The position numbers and the translations under genes were made by a program. A stretch of DNA of 64,000 nucleotides from IMG/VR virus record IMGVR_UViG_3300042465_003746, positions 1-64,000 of that record; one strand, written 5' to 3'. This document shows, in pieces, positions 35,032 through 43,963 of the stretch (positions are counted from its first letter, which is position 1; every line of letters starts with the position of its first letter). A model generated the notes under the pieces. It did not search any database. It saw only the letters and a program-made list of their open reading frames with translations, and was not told the origin of the DNA. Source of the stretch: a virus.

Positions 35032-35204
35032 TACCCTGTCAGCCCAAGCAGCTGAATATTAGACTTAGCATTAAAGGGTTGTCCTAATATCCTTCCATAA
35101 ACAACTCCACTCTTGGTTGTGGATTCTAACTTTCTTTAGACTCTTGCTTACGTAGGGCCCTATAGTTTTTCAATATTAGCTATTTGTTTGCTTCAAGCAG
35201 GGTA
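35032..35204. ncRNA. Candidate ~170-nt multi-stem RNA
   Basis: TACCCTG/CAGGGTA closing stem; AAGCA/TGCTT and TCCAC/GTGGA inner stems; no ORF of 60 aa or more. Confidence 0.4.
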
Positions 35205-35264
35205 ATATTTTATACTGTGCCAAAACTATACATAAAGTTTACTTTTGGCTGGTTATAAATAGAT

Positions 35265-35299
35265 AAAGTGCCTGATCCATGTACTACTGTGGGCACTTT
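35265..35299. terminator. Hairpin downstream of 35348-35617
   Basis: AAAGTGCCT...GGGCACTTT. Confidence 0.45.
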
Positions 35300-35347
35300 T
35301 AGTTTATTTAGTTACACTTCATGGTCATCTACTTACAATGTTTAAAT

Positions 35348-35617
35348 TTAATAAAAAGGATTACTTTGTCCTAATTGTCTAAAATATTTCTCTCTACGAG
35401 ACATTAAATCATAATCATTTTCTTCTATTAAACTATTATAATAGCACATTGTTTCATATTGCTCTATATCTTCTACTAGACATATTACAGGAAAATGTTC
35501 AGTTATTAAGTCAGCCATCTCTTGGTTATCTTTAGGCTTATAATCTAAATGTATAGTGCGTAAATACAGTCCTATGTCTAACATAGTTACTCTAGGTTTT
35601 GCTTGAATATCTTGCAT
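35348..35617 (-). CDS. Hypothetical protein
   Basis: 89-aa ORF with AT-rich leader. Confidence 0.7.
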   Translation of the reverse strand: MQDIQAKPRVTMLDIGLYLRTIHLDYKPKDNQEMADLITEHFPVICLVEDIEQYETMCYYNSLIEENDYDLMSRREKYFRQLGQSNPFY

Positions 35618-35664
35618 AATGTATTTATTTAAAGTTCAAAACGTCAAATTTTTTAGTAATTCCT

Positions 35665-35703
35665 AAAAGAAAAAAAAGGGAAATAGCTGTAAAACTATTT
35701 CCC
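35665..35703 (-). terminator. Intrinsic terminator
   Basis: GGGAAATAG/CTATTTCCC stem plus T run on the minus strand. Confidence 0.8.
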
Positions 35704-35723
35704 AATTTCTAATCTTTAAAAGA

Positions 35724-36242
35724 TTATGCTCCTAAAGCATCTGCAATAGCAGATGAAGCATCTGTATTAAGAGCTAAACGAGTTGTATCTGTTAATAATA
35801 CATGCTTAGGCTCTCCAATAACTACTGCAGTATTTACATAAATATACATACCATTGCTCATAATGAAATCACCATCTTTACCTGCTCTTTTAGCACGAGT
35901 TTCGAAGTTTGCAACATCATAATCACTACCTTTAACGGTTTCTGTAATTTGAAGATTTAATGAACGATCATCACCTGTGATTTTAGGATCAATCATATTG
36001 ATTTCCAATTCTTCACCTTCAGCTAAAAAGGTTGTATCAATTCCAAACTGCAATTGTACATCACTTGGTTGTGCAGATAACCAAGAATAACGAGGCTTAG
36101 ATTGATTAAATCTTTCATCAGAAGCATTCAAGATACCCAACAAACCTGTTGGAGTTTTTCCTGTTTCTACTATTTGAGAAAAAGTTAATTGAACTTTTCC
36201 ACCTTTAATTCCTTTTGCTGATACTAATGTTACTTTTTTCAT
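35724..36242 (-). CDS. Hypothetical beta-rich protein with its own terminator
   Basis: 172-aa ORF. Confidence 0.75.
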   Translation of the reverse strand: MKKVTLVSAKGIKGGKVQLTFSQIVETGKTPTGLLGILNASDERFNQSKPRYSWLSAQPSDVQLQFGIDTTFLAEGEELEINMIDPKITGDDRSLNLQITETVKGSDYDVANFETRAKRAGKDGDFIMSNGMYIYVNTAVVIGEPKHVLLTDTTRLALNTDASSAIADALGA

Positions 36243-36430
36243 AATAATTTGTTTTAAAATAGTTAAAATATTTACTTATATATCTCCTATAATACAGACT
36301 TTTAAAGTCTAAGAATTAATAGCCTAGGATAAACTATTAGTCTTTTATTAAATAAACCTAATTATTGTGTAATTGCCTTTTTACTGCCTAGCGGCAAACA
36401 ATTATCTATGTATGTAAGCTTGTGTTAAGT

Positions 36431-36472
36431 AAATAAAATAGCGGTACTCTATCCACAATTTCCCGCTATTTT
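36431..36472 (-). terminator. Intrinsic terminator
   Basis: AAAATAGCGG/CCGCTATTTT. Confidence 0.65.
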
Positions 36473-36482
36473 CCCTTAAACT

Positions 36483-36890
36483 TTATCTTGCAAATGGTCT
36501 AAATAAGAACATTTTTGTGTCATAATCATATAATACAGATAATCCATCTGTACTATTAAAATCGGAAGTTACTGTAAATGCATTTTTAATGCTAGAAACA
36601 TTTCCTGGTTCAATATATATTAGTTTCCATTTATCAGTTATTGGATCAATGAAAGTAACAATATATTGATTGTTTATAGGTAAAGTTATTTCATACTTTG
36701 TAGAAGATAACTTCACCATAGATACTTCTTTTTCTAGCCACCAACCTACAAAGGTTGTGTCTTCATAGATAGCTCTTCTAAGTTCTACTTTTACATTATA
36801 AGCATCTTTCATATAAGAAGTAAACTTAATGCTTTGTGATTGTACCAATTGACTAACCGTCAATAGTATTACTAAGATAGATAGTCTCAT
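36483..36890 (-). CDS. Secreted protein with Sec signal peptide
   Basis: MRLSILVILLTVSQLVQS-Q; Gln after the cleavage site is typical of Bacteroidota. Confidence 0.7.
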   Translation of the reverse strand: MRLSILVILLTVSQLVQSQSIKFTSYMKDAYNVKVELRRAIYEDTTFVGWWLEKEVSMVKLSSTKYEITLPINNQYIVTFIDPITDKWKLIYIEPGNVSSIKNAFTVTSDFNSTDGLSVLYDYDTKMFLFRPFAR

Positions 36891-36918
36891 GATATTTAAA
36901 TTTAAGGTTTAATATTAT

Positions 36919-37185
36919 TTATTGATATTCTAGTGTATAAGCTATAGCCTTCATAGCAAGCTTAGAGTTAAGAGTTCTAGGAACTCTTTTAATTAATTCT
37001 TTAAAGTCTTCAGTTAAGTTAACTACTGAGTATTTAGACTTATCAGGTTGAGCATCGTAATGCTGTTGATAAGTATAGTCAAGGATAATATCCTCGTTAT
37101 TTTTAGGTCCATCAGTAAATATTACTAATGTCATTCCGTCTTCACATTTTACTGTTACTCGGTATAGTGCAATATCTTCCATCAT
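36919..37185 (-). CDS. Hypothetical protein (likely start MMEDI at 37185)
   Basis: ATG preceded by the AT-rich leader TTAAAACTAAAG. Confidence 0.65.
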   Translation of the reverse strand: MMEDIALYRVTVKCEDGMTLVIFTDGPKNNEDIILDYTYQQHYDAQPDKSKYSVVNLTEDFKELIKRVPRTLNSKLAMKAIAYTLEYQ

Positions 37186-37267
37186 CTTTAGTTTTAATAA
37201 AGAATAAATATACATAATAAAGAACTCCTGTAATAATTTACAAGAGTTCTTTTCAGATCTATAAGAT

Positions 37268-37486
37268 CTATCGTGCAATATTGTGATTATAACAATTGTT
37301 TCTGTTGAACATTTTGTTAAACTTAATTGTACGATGTTGTTTTTTACCATGTTTCTTATAATTGAAACCTTTCTTTATCTTAAAGCTATGAGTCTTTGTA
37401 GAGCCTTTTTTACTTGGCCATCCATCATTTCCTACTACAGTGTAGCTCATAACAAGCATTACTATAACTGCTATTACTCTTTTCAT
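37268..37486 (-). CDS. Small secreted basic protein
   Basis: Signal peptide MKRVIAVIVMLVMSYTVVG followed by a Lys-rich region. Confidence 0.6.
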   Translation of the reverse strand: MKRVIAVIVMLVMSYTVVGNDGWPSKKGSTKTHSFKIKKGFNYKKHGKKQHRTIKFNKMFNRNNCYNHNIAR

Positions 37487-37513
37487 ATATTTGTTTTTAA
37501 GTTTTAAGTAAAT

Positions 37514-37544
37514 AACCCCACATAAAGCTATAATATGTGGGGTT
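37514..37544. terminator. Perfect 11-bp hairpin
   Basis: AACCCCACATA-aagctataa-TATGTGGGGTT. Confidence 0.65.
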
Positions 37545-37617
37545 TATGATCTATAAGATCGACTATTAGACTACGAAAGGTATAAGATTATCCTTGTGCC
37601 TATTTGTATGCGTAAGC

Positions 37618-37773
37618 TTAATCTTCCTTGGCAATAATAATAGTGCCAATGGCTCCTAAAGAACCTACTAATATCATTGTGCTACCGTGAGTATTACCTC
37701 CCAGTGTTAATATAGCTCCTATTAATAAGACTATTGTACACAATACTCCTATTAAAAACAATTTATTTGTCAT
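37618..37773 (-). CDS. 51-aa two-TM protein (not in ORF track)
   Basis: MTNKLFLIGVLCTIVLLIGAILTLGG...ILVGSLGAIGTIIIAKED. Confidence 0.65.
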   Translation of the reverse strand: MTNKLFLIGVLCTIVLLIGAILTLGGNTHGSTMILVGSLGAIGTIIIAKED

Positions 37774-37856
37774 AATTTTTCTATTAAGATGATGGTTAAT
37801 ATTATAATTGCTATTGTGTATAAGTAGAACATACCTATACTTGCTGAACGTTTCAT
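37770..37856 (-). CDS. 28-aa membrane peptide (not in ORF track)
   Basis: MKRSASIGMFYLYTIAIIILTIILIEKL; ATGA-coupled to the next gene; leader resembles that of 38091-38276. Confidence 0.55.
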   Translation of the reverse strand: MKRSASIGMFYLYTIAIIILTIILIEKL

Positions 37857-38090
37857 AAGTATATTTTTAAGTTTAAAAATACATAAGCAAACTATTAAAA
37901 GCTTATGTGTGCATCCTACTGTATTGGTAGTCTTTCCTCTCTTATTACTAAGTTTAAGGCGATGCTTTTCTACTAAGATGATTAGTCTTTTTTAGCTAAT
38001 AGATAGCGGCAATACACAGAATGTTAAGTGTATGCATTTAGTCAGTTATTATAGAGAATCACTCATACTGACAGAAGTATTTTTAATAGA

Positions 38091-38276
38091 TTACTCTCCT
38101 GTATTACTTTCCATTGCAGCTACATCAGCATCAATAGACATTTGTAGTTCTTCATTTAAACTACAAAGAGCAACTATTGCTCCTTGGTAAAAGGGATCAT
38201 AAGGATCAGCTTTCTGATACATAGATATTCTTGCATCAATCATAGCGACAAGATCTATTTTATGAGTATTCTCCAT
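38091..38276 (-). CDS. Hypothetical protein
   Basis: 61-aa ORF with leader TTAAAACTATACTT-ATG. Confidence 0.65.
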   Translation of the reverse strand: MENTHKIDLVAMIDARISMYQKADPYDPFYQGAIVALCSLNEELQMSIDADVAAMESNTGE

Positions 38277-38311
38277 AAGTATAGTTTTAAGTTAATTATT
38301 AATCCCTCTGC

Positions 38312-38343
38312 CTTGTAGCTCTAATTATTTTGTTATATATTTG
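38312..38343 (+). promoter_or_regulatory. Bacteroidota housekeeping-sigma promoter for the HNH gene
   Basis: CTTG (-33), 20-nt spacer, TATATTTG (-7). Confidence 0.6.
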
Positions 38344-38347
38344 TATT

Positions 38348-38815
38348 ATGAAACAATTCAGAAATACACAATACTATGTTACTGATAAACAAGAAGTTTA
38401 TAATGTAACAACAAAAAGATATGTAAAGCCTTATCTTGCATCTAATGGAAAGAATCCTAACAAGAAATACTTAGCGGTTGGTTTGTATATTGATGGTAAA
38501 AGAAAGAATATTCTTTACCATAGATTAATTGCCGAAGTACATATGCCCAATACTCTTAATTTACCACAGATAAATCACATTGATGGAGATATATATAACA
38601 ATTCTATTTCTAATTTAGAATGGTGTAGTGCTTCTATAAATAACATTCATGCTATTAGAACAGGACTAAGACCTACTAAATTAAATATGGAGAAAGCTAA
38701 TGAGATTAGATCTTTATTAGCTAGTGGTCATACTATAAATGAAGTATGTAAAATTTACAATGTTGGTAGAACTATTGTCTCTAAAATAAGAGATAACATT
38801 TCTTGGAAAATATAA
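38348..38815 (+). mobile_element. Free-standing HNH homing endonuclease with C-terminal HTH, antisense to its neighbours
   Basis: YHRLIAEVH...INHIDGDIYNNSISNLEWC...NNIH; start ATG at 38348. Confidence 0.85.
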
Positions 38816-38918
38816 TGCACCCCAGTTGTAATAGCTCTATTGGCTAAATGAAAGCATAAGTTCATATACAATCAATATTACAACTGCTCACCCTTGGGAA
38901 GTGAGTTGTGGTGCATTA
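38813..38918. ncRNA. Candidate structured RNA at the HNH 3' end
   Basis: Perfect stems TAATGCACC/GGTGCATTA, CAGTTGTAATA/TATTACAACTG, CTCAC/GTGAG. Confidence 0.6.
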
Positions 38919-39112
38919 AGTGAATAGTTTGTATACTTATTCAGGTATATTAAATTAAGCCATACCCTATTTAAAGGGTATGACTTATCAATGCTTTAAG
39001 CATTCTCGTTACGTAACCATTCAAGGCTAGTAACTACTCCATTAACTATACACATAACTGAAAATCAATTAGTTAAGTAATAAAATAAGTACGTCACGTG
39101 TACTAACGTTGC

Positions 39113-39147
39113 TATATTCACCGAGAGAGTGAAGGTATATTCACCGA
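39113..39147. repeat. Direct repeat TATATTCACCGA x2
   Basis: Exact copies at 39113-39124 and 39136-39147; adjacent hairpin CACCGC-AAA-GCGGTG at 39155-39169. Confidence 0.7.
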
Positions 39148-39173
39148 AGGACTGCACCGCAAAGCGGTGACCC

Positions 39174-39452
39174 TTAAAGGATCACTGCTTTGAAGTAGTT
39201 GCTGTCAGGCTTAGCCTCGAATGCTACTCTGTCTGAGTAGTCATCACCCATTGGCAATGCAGTTTGTACTGCTTCCAATGTGTGTTCACTCTTCATGAAC
39301 AGAGATGCATAAGAACTGCCACAAGCTAAGCCGTTAAGCTCTTTGTCTTTGCGGAAGACAACTAGCACACGCGGTTCGAACTCGCCAGTCATCTTATCGT
39401 CAGCCCAAACTGGGCACTCAACTGTCTTAATTTGGTGGATTGAAATTTTCAT
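39174..39452 (-). CDS. First gene of the leftward arm; GC-rich hypothetical protein
   Basis: 92 aa; 28/60 G+C in line 39181-39240, well above the background. Confidence 0.7.
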   Translation of the reverse strand: MKISIHQIKTVECPVWADDKMTGEFEPRVLVVFRKDKELNGLACGSSYASLFMKSEHTLEAVQTALPMGDDYSDRVAFEAKPDSNYFKAVIL

Positions 39453-40072
39453 AGTCTAAAGTTTAAAGGCGGGATGTGTTCCCCGTCCAAGATTTAGTGG
39501 GGGTTGTTGACTGTGGTGCTAACCACAAGATCGAATTTCTAATAAAAAATAATATAATAAAAAATAAAAAATAATACCATATATTACTTTGCACTAGATT
39601 TACTTTGTTTTACTTAAAAACTATATTAGTAAGCATCATAAACTAGGAACATAAATAAAGGGATATAAAGGGGGGGTATAATTTAATACTCCATAGGGTA
39701 TGAAGTTTGTTAAGAGAATAAAAAATAAAAATATAATTATAATTATAAATAAGGATGTACAATGCACATATCTAGTAGAATAGATATATGCATCTACGTT
39801 GTAGATTTATCTATACTATACTTTAAAAAGATAATTACTTTCTTATCAACTAGTTACAACTTTTTACTATAGGTCCTCGGTGGCTACTAATATACCTACA
39901 GCTATAGTAGTGGCATACCTCTAGGGGTATGTTCATACTATACCTAGAGCTATAGTAAGCCTCATAACTATAATATTTTACAATGTCAAGCATTTATTAA
40001 TATTTATTTTACATCTACTATTTGTGAATAATATTATGTAATTTAGCGGCAACCAAACAATTCCCTCTCAAT
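39453..40072. promoter_or_regulatory. Divergent control region; candidate origin or terminus region
   Basis: Strand switch, very AT-rich, hairpin at 39762-39793, direct repeats at 39891-39909 and 39939-39957. Confidence 0.55.
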
Positions 40073-40855
40073 ATGAAGACCGTAAGAAAAAGAATGTTTT
40101 ACGATATTGAAGTATCCTATTTTATCATCAGTGCATGGCGACTAGGATATAACCTTTCAATACAACCTCACCAAATTATTAAATACCCTGAAGTAATATG
40201 TATCTCCTGGAAGTGGGAAGGAGAAGATGAAGTCCATAATTTAAGATGGGACGAGAACCAAAGTGATAAGACTCTCATAGAAGATTTTATAAAGGAACTA
40301 AACAAAGCAAATCAAATAGTAGCACACAACGGAGATAGATTCGATTTAAAATGGTTAAGAACTAGGGCTATTCTACATGGCCTATATATGGCTCCTAGAT
40401 ATGAAACTATAGATACCCTTAAAATAGCTAAGTCACAATTTAACTTTGCCTCTAATAAACTTGACGAGTTAGGTAAATTCTTAGGACTAGGACAAAAGAT
40501 TCATACAGATTATTCTCTATGGGATAAAATATGTCAAGAGAAGTCAGAAGAAGCCCTAAACGATATGGTTACTTACTGCGATCAAGATGTTAAATTACTT
40601 GAAAAGATATATGAGAAACTAAGACCTTACGCTAAAACACAATTCAACTACGGTAAACTTTACGGTGATGACAATTGGGCATGTCCAGAATGCGGTTCCC
40701 TAAAAGTACGAGTTAACAAGTCATATACTACTCCTATGGGAGTAAGAAGATATTATCTACGATGTCTAACTAAATCATGCAGCACTAACTTCCCTGTAAG
40801 CAACAGAACCTATCTTAAAATGATGGAGTGGAAGATTAAATCAGATAACATCTAA
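40073..40855 (+). CDS. DEDD/RNase H-like 3'-5' exonuclease with C-terminal zinc ribbon
   Basis: YDIE, HNGDRFD, DTLK, YCDQDV; CPECGS...CLTKSC. Confidence 0.85.
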   Translation: MKTVRKRMFYDIEVSYFIISAWRLGYNLSIQPHQIIKYPEVICISWKWEGEDEVHNLRWDENQSDKTLIEDFIKELNKANQIVAHNGDRFDLKWLRTRAILHGLYMAPRYETIDTLKIAKSQFNFASNKLDELGKFLGLGQKIHTDYSLWDKICQEKSEEALNDMVTYCDQDVKLLEKIYEKLRPYAKTQFNYGKLYGDDNWACPECGSLKVRVNKSYTTPMGVRRYYLRCLTKSCSTNFPVSNRTYLKMMEWKIKSDNI

Positions 40856-40905
40856 ACCCTTTTTAAATATTTTAACTATAAAATTTGGATAGTAACTTAT
40901 TAATA

Positions 40906-40937
40906 TTGATATTTGTACTATCAAATTTGTATATTTG
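40906..40937 (+). promoter_or_regulatory. Bacteroidota-type promoter
   Basis: TTG, 21-nt spacer, TATATTTG. Confidence 0.55.
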
Positions 40938-40968
40938 CATGTTTAGTAGAAATAAAAAAGGAAGAAAA

Positions 40969-41241
40969 ATGGTAATGGTTTACTTAGATACAAAGGATAG
41001 TATTCTTTTAAAATCTAATGACAGAACATTTCATGTGTTGTATTATATATTACGTCAAACTAATTTTGAAACTAATCTTTGGTATTCAGATAAGATTAAC
41101 AAAACTTATATAATGAACAAACTCGGTATATCTGTACCTGGTTTAGACAAGCACATAGCTTCCCTAAAGGAAAGAGAATTTATTAGACCTGCCGAAGTTA
41201 GGGGGAGGTATAGAATTAATTTAGAATTACTATCGACATAA
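40969..41241 (+). CDS. Winged-HTH protein (RepL-like); likely start 40969
   Basis: IMNKLGISVPGLDKHIASLKEREFI...RGRYRIN. Confidence 0.65.
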   Translation: MVMVYLDTKDSILLKSNDRTFHVLYYILRQTNFETNLWYSDKINKTYIMNKLGISVPGLDKHIASLKEREFIRPAEVRGRYRINLELLST

Positions 41242-41252
41242 GCTACTGAGGA

Positions 41253-41456
41253 ATGAAAGTTGGAGAATTCATATCGGATGACTTAGACATATTATTTAAA
41301 AAGGAACAGAGATTTGCGAATCAATTTGAGTACTACTGTAAAGAACACAATAAGATATTCAGTACTCAGATTTGTTTGACAGCCGCAAATCCTGTTTTAT
41401 TCATCTTACAAATTATAATAAAAAATGGGAACAACGGAGAAATTAAAAGTAGCTAA
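41253..41456 (+). CDS. Hypothetical protein
   Basis: 67-aa ORF in operon. Confidence 0.55.
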   Translation: MKVGEFISDDLDILFKKEQRFANQFEYYCKEHNKIFSTQICLTAANPVLFILQIIIKNGNNGEIKSS

Positions 41457-41811
41457 GGAAATCTTAGCAATGGCATTTTTAGGAGCAACTGACAAAGCAA
41501 TTGCTGAAGGATTACAGTTTAAGTATTCTTCTTATTCAGTAGAAGACGGAGAAAACAAAGGTTGGGTAGTAGATATCATAGTTAAAGAAGCAGGTTATAG
41601 TGAAAGAACTATACAGCAACTTAAGTACAATTGGCCTACTAACATAGACCCTAAGAATATGGAGTATCATGTTATACTTGATACTATTTCAGCTCTTACA
41701 CAAGGGGCATTAACAATGTGGTACGAGGTAGCTAAGATGTTATCTACTGATGAAGGTTTACAAAAAGCAATTATAGATGAAACAAAGAAAGGTAATATCC
41801 CTTCCTACTAA
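41425..41811 (+). CDS. Hypothetical protein
   Basis: 128-aa ORF. Confidence 0.7.
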   Translation: MGTTEKLKVAKEILAMAFLGATDKAIAEGLQFKYSSYSVEDGENKGWVVDIIVKEAGYSERTIQQLKYNWPTNIDPKNMEYHVILDTISALTQGALTMWYEVAKMLSTDEGLQKAIIDETKKGNIPSY

Positions 41812-42397
41812 TAGTAGTAAGATATATCGTCAGATTCTTGCATTCATGAATTTTATGCTGAATCTAACACCGCAAGAACGAGATGTATTAGCAGAGATTA
41901 TTAAGCTAGACAATGAATACGAAGCTCTTCCACCAGAGAAGAGAGCTAAGTTTATTTTATCTACAGACATGCGTAAGGAAATAAGAGAAACTCTTAACAT
42001 AGAAGAGAAACAGTTTAATGTTATTATATCTAGACTTAAGAGTGATAAGAAATTCTTTATGGGCAAACCCTTACTAGATGATAAAAATATAATTCATCCT
42101 CAATTACGGTTTAAAGCTGATGAAGAAGGATTTCAATTTGAAGTAAATCTTATCATGACTACTATTACCCCAACTACAGGTAAATTTGATAAATTTGTTG
42201 ATACTCTTCATGAAGAGATGGGTAATAAAATTATTGAAAAGTATGCTGACGAAACGACATTTGCTACTAAAGAATTAGACACAGCAATGGAACATGCTAA
42301 AGCTGCAGTTAATGCGTCTAGAGATATAGATGCTTCTAAAGCAAAAGTAATAGAAGAGGAAGATTGGGGAATTGAAATAGAACTACCTAATGACTAG
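41777..42397 (+). CDS. Putative wHTH DNA-binding protein
   Basis: LTPQERDVLA...IRETLNIEEKQFNVIISRLK. Confidence 0.6.
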   Translation: MKQRKVISLPTNSSKIYRQILAFMNFMLNLTPQERDVLAEIIKLDNEYEALPPEKRAKFILSTDMRKEIRETLNIEEKQFNVIISRLKSDKKFFMGKPLLDDKNIIHPQLRFKADEEGFQFEVNLIMTTITPTTGKFDKFVDTLHEEMGNKIIEKYADETTFATKELDTAMEHAKAAVNASRDIDASKAKVIEEEDWGIEIELPND

Positions 42398-42680
42398 TCA
42401 ACGAGAGATACTATTAAAGGTTGCAAAAAAACATGGAATTAATATAGGCCAAGCAGAAGAGATATGGAATTTAATAGGAAATAAAATTGCAGAAGTAATA
42501 GGTGATTTAGATAAAAAAACAAATGACCTATATGATGCAGATAAATTTCACATAATTCATATAGATAATTTTGGTAAATTTATTCCTAATAAAAATAAAA
42601 TAAGACATGCTAATCATTGTCTAAAATTAAAATTAAAACAAAATGGAAGTAAACATAACACTACCGATATTGAAGAATGA
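42390..42680 (+). CDS. IHF/HU-like DNA-binding protein
   Basis: ILLKVAKKHGI...IHIDNFGKF. Confidence 0.75.
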   Translation: MTSQREILLKVAKKHGINIGQAEEIWNLIGNKIAEVIGDLDKKTNDLYDADKFHIIHIDNFGKFIPNKNKIRHANHCLKLKLKQNGSKHNTTDIEE

Positions 42681-42843
42681 CAAAGAAGTTAGTACAACTT
42701 TTTACTACATAGTTGCCATATCTGCAGGTGAAGCTAATACCTCTACTATTTATACTAATGGCCAAGAGTTTACTTGTACAATAGCTTCAGGAGAACTTTG
42801 GAATAAAATAAGAGAGAATAATGCGAGCATTACACGAAAATAA
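42643..42843 (+). CDS. Hypothetical protein
   Basis: 66-aa ORF overlapping both neighbours. Confidence 0.55.
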   Translation: MEVNITLPILKNDKEVSTTFYYIVAISAGEANTSTIYTNGQEFTCTIASGELWNKIRENNASITRK

Positions 42844-43342
42844 TTATTGGGATATAAACCCTGAATTAGTAATACTAGATGAGTTTAATAAATTCTATAC
42901 TAAGGATAAATCTAAGGGCAAAGAAGATAGCTCAAGGATTTTATGGAGTATATACTATGCATATAGCCCCGATTCTAAATTCTTTAATTACCCTAATAAG
43001 TTAGATGTTCTTGCTAGAGATTTCTTAAAAGACCCTAAGTTTAAATGGGAAAGCATTAAAGATATAGTAGGAGCTTTTAGAAATTTAGTACTTACTGATG
43101 TAGAAAGATCTCTAGTAAATTGGAACGAGATAATGGTACTTAGAGATAATTCCCTAAAAGATTTATACAAAGAAGCCATAGAAGCAAAAGATACTGACGA
43201 GTTAGTAAAAATAGATAAGATGCTAAGTAATACTCCTAAAATGTTCGAAGATTACAAGAAGATTAAAAGAGATTACGAAGAAGAAAAAACTACTAAGAAA
43301 GGTAAATCAATTAAATCACTATCAGATAGCGGAGAGATATAA
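42821..43342 (+). CDS. Helical protein upstream of the terminase; possible small terminase subunit
   Basis: Position and coiled-coil character only; function is inferred. Confidence 0.45.
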   Translation: MRALHENNYWDINPELVILDEFNKFYTKDKSKGKEDSSRILWSIYYAYSPDSKFFNYPNKLDVLARDFLKDPKFKWESIKDIVGAFRNLVLTDVERSLVNWNEIMVLRDNSLKDLYKEAIEAKDTDELVKIDKMLSNTPKMFEDYKKIKRDYEEEKTTKKGKSIKSLSDSGEI

Positions 43343-43713
43343 TGATAAATAAAAAACCTTTAACAGAATTACAATTAAATAAATTAGGGTTTTTACCTTA
43401 TACACAAATTAAAAATGAACATCGTTATACGTTTTATAATCCTGTATTAGAAGTGGCATTTAATATAAATTATTTTAGTGGATTTAATTATCATAATGAA
43501 GAAGATAGAAAAAATACAGAAATAATAATTTATGTAAATCCTGATAAATTTTTATATCTTGTTATTTGGAAACATAAGGATATTTCTATTGTAAATTATT
43601 TAGTATGTGGTTATGCAAAAGAAATATTATATTATGGAAGAATTTTTAATAAATCTATTTTAAATTCTATTAATATAGGAAAACAGTTTAAATATAAAAA
43701 AGATTTAATTTAA
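43342..43713 (+). CDS. Hypothetical protein (very AT-rich)
   Basis: 123-aa ORF. Confidence 0.55.
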   Translation: MINKKPLTELQLNKLGFLPYTQIKNEHRYTFYNPVLEVAFNINYFSGFNYHNEEDRKNTEIIIYVNPDKFLYLVIWKHKDISIVNYLVCGYAKEILYYGRIFNKSILNSINIGKQFKYKKDLI

Positions 43714-43962
43714 ATGGAACACACTTGGGAAAAATATAAAGCAATTCTTACAGGAATAGGAAATACTTTACTAAAAAATAAAGCAATTGAAGATGTAGCT
43801 GCTGACCGTAAAAAAATATGTGATAGCTGTCCAAGTAAAAAAAGAAACTGTGCTCCAATGATTGGTGAATGCTGTGGAGTATGTGGATGTTCTTTAAGTT
43901 TTAAGACAAGAGTACTAACAGAGAAATGCCCTAGTAATAAGTGGCCAGCTTTAGAAGAATAA
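43714..43962 (+). CDS. Cys-rich zinc-finger protein
   Basis: CDSC...CGVCGC...KCP..KW. Confidence 0.75.
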   Translation: MEHTWEKYKAILTGIGNTLLKNKAIEDVAADRKKICDSCPSKKRNCAPMIGECCGVCGCSLSFKTRVLTEKCPSNKWPALEE

Positions 43963-43963
43963 T

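Noticed and set aside
36449-36457. DnaA box-like CTATCCACA
   Set aside because: Single mismatched copy in a terminator loop; expected by chance
38348-38918. IscB/HEARO element or group I intron-encoded HNH
   Set aside because: No RuvC or PLMP motifs, no interrupted host gene, and no recognisable intron core
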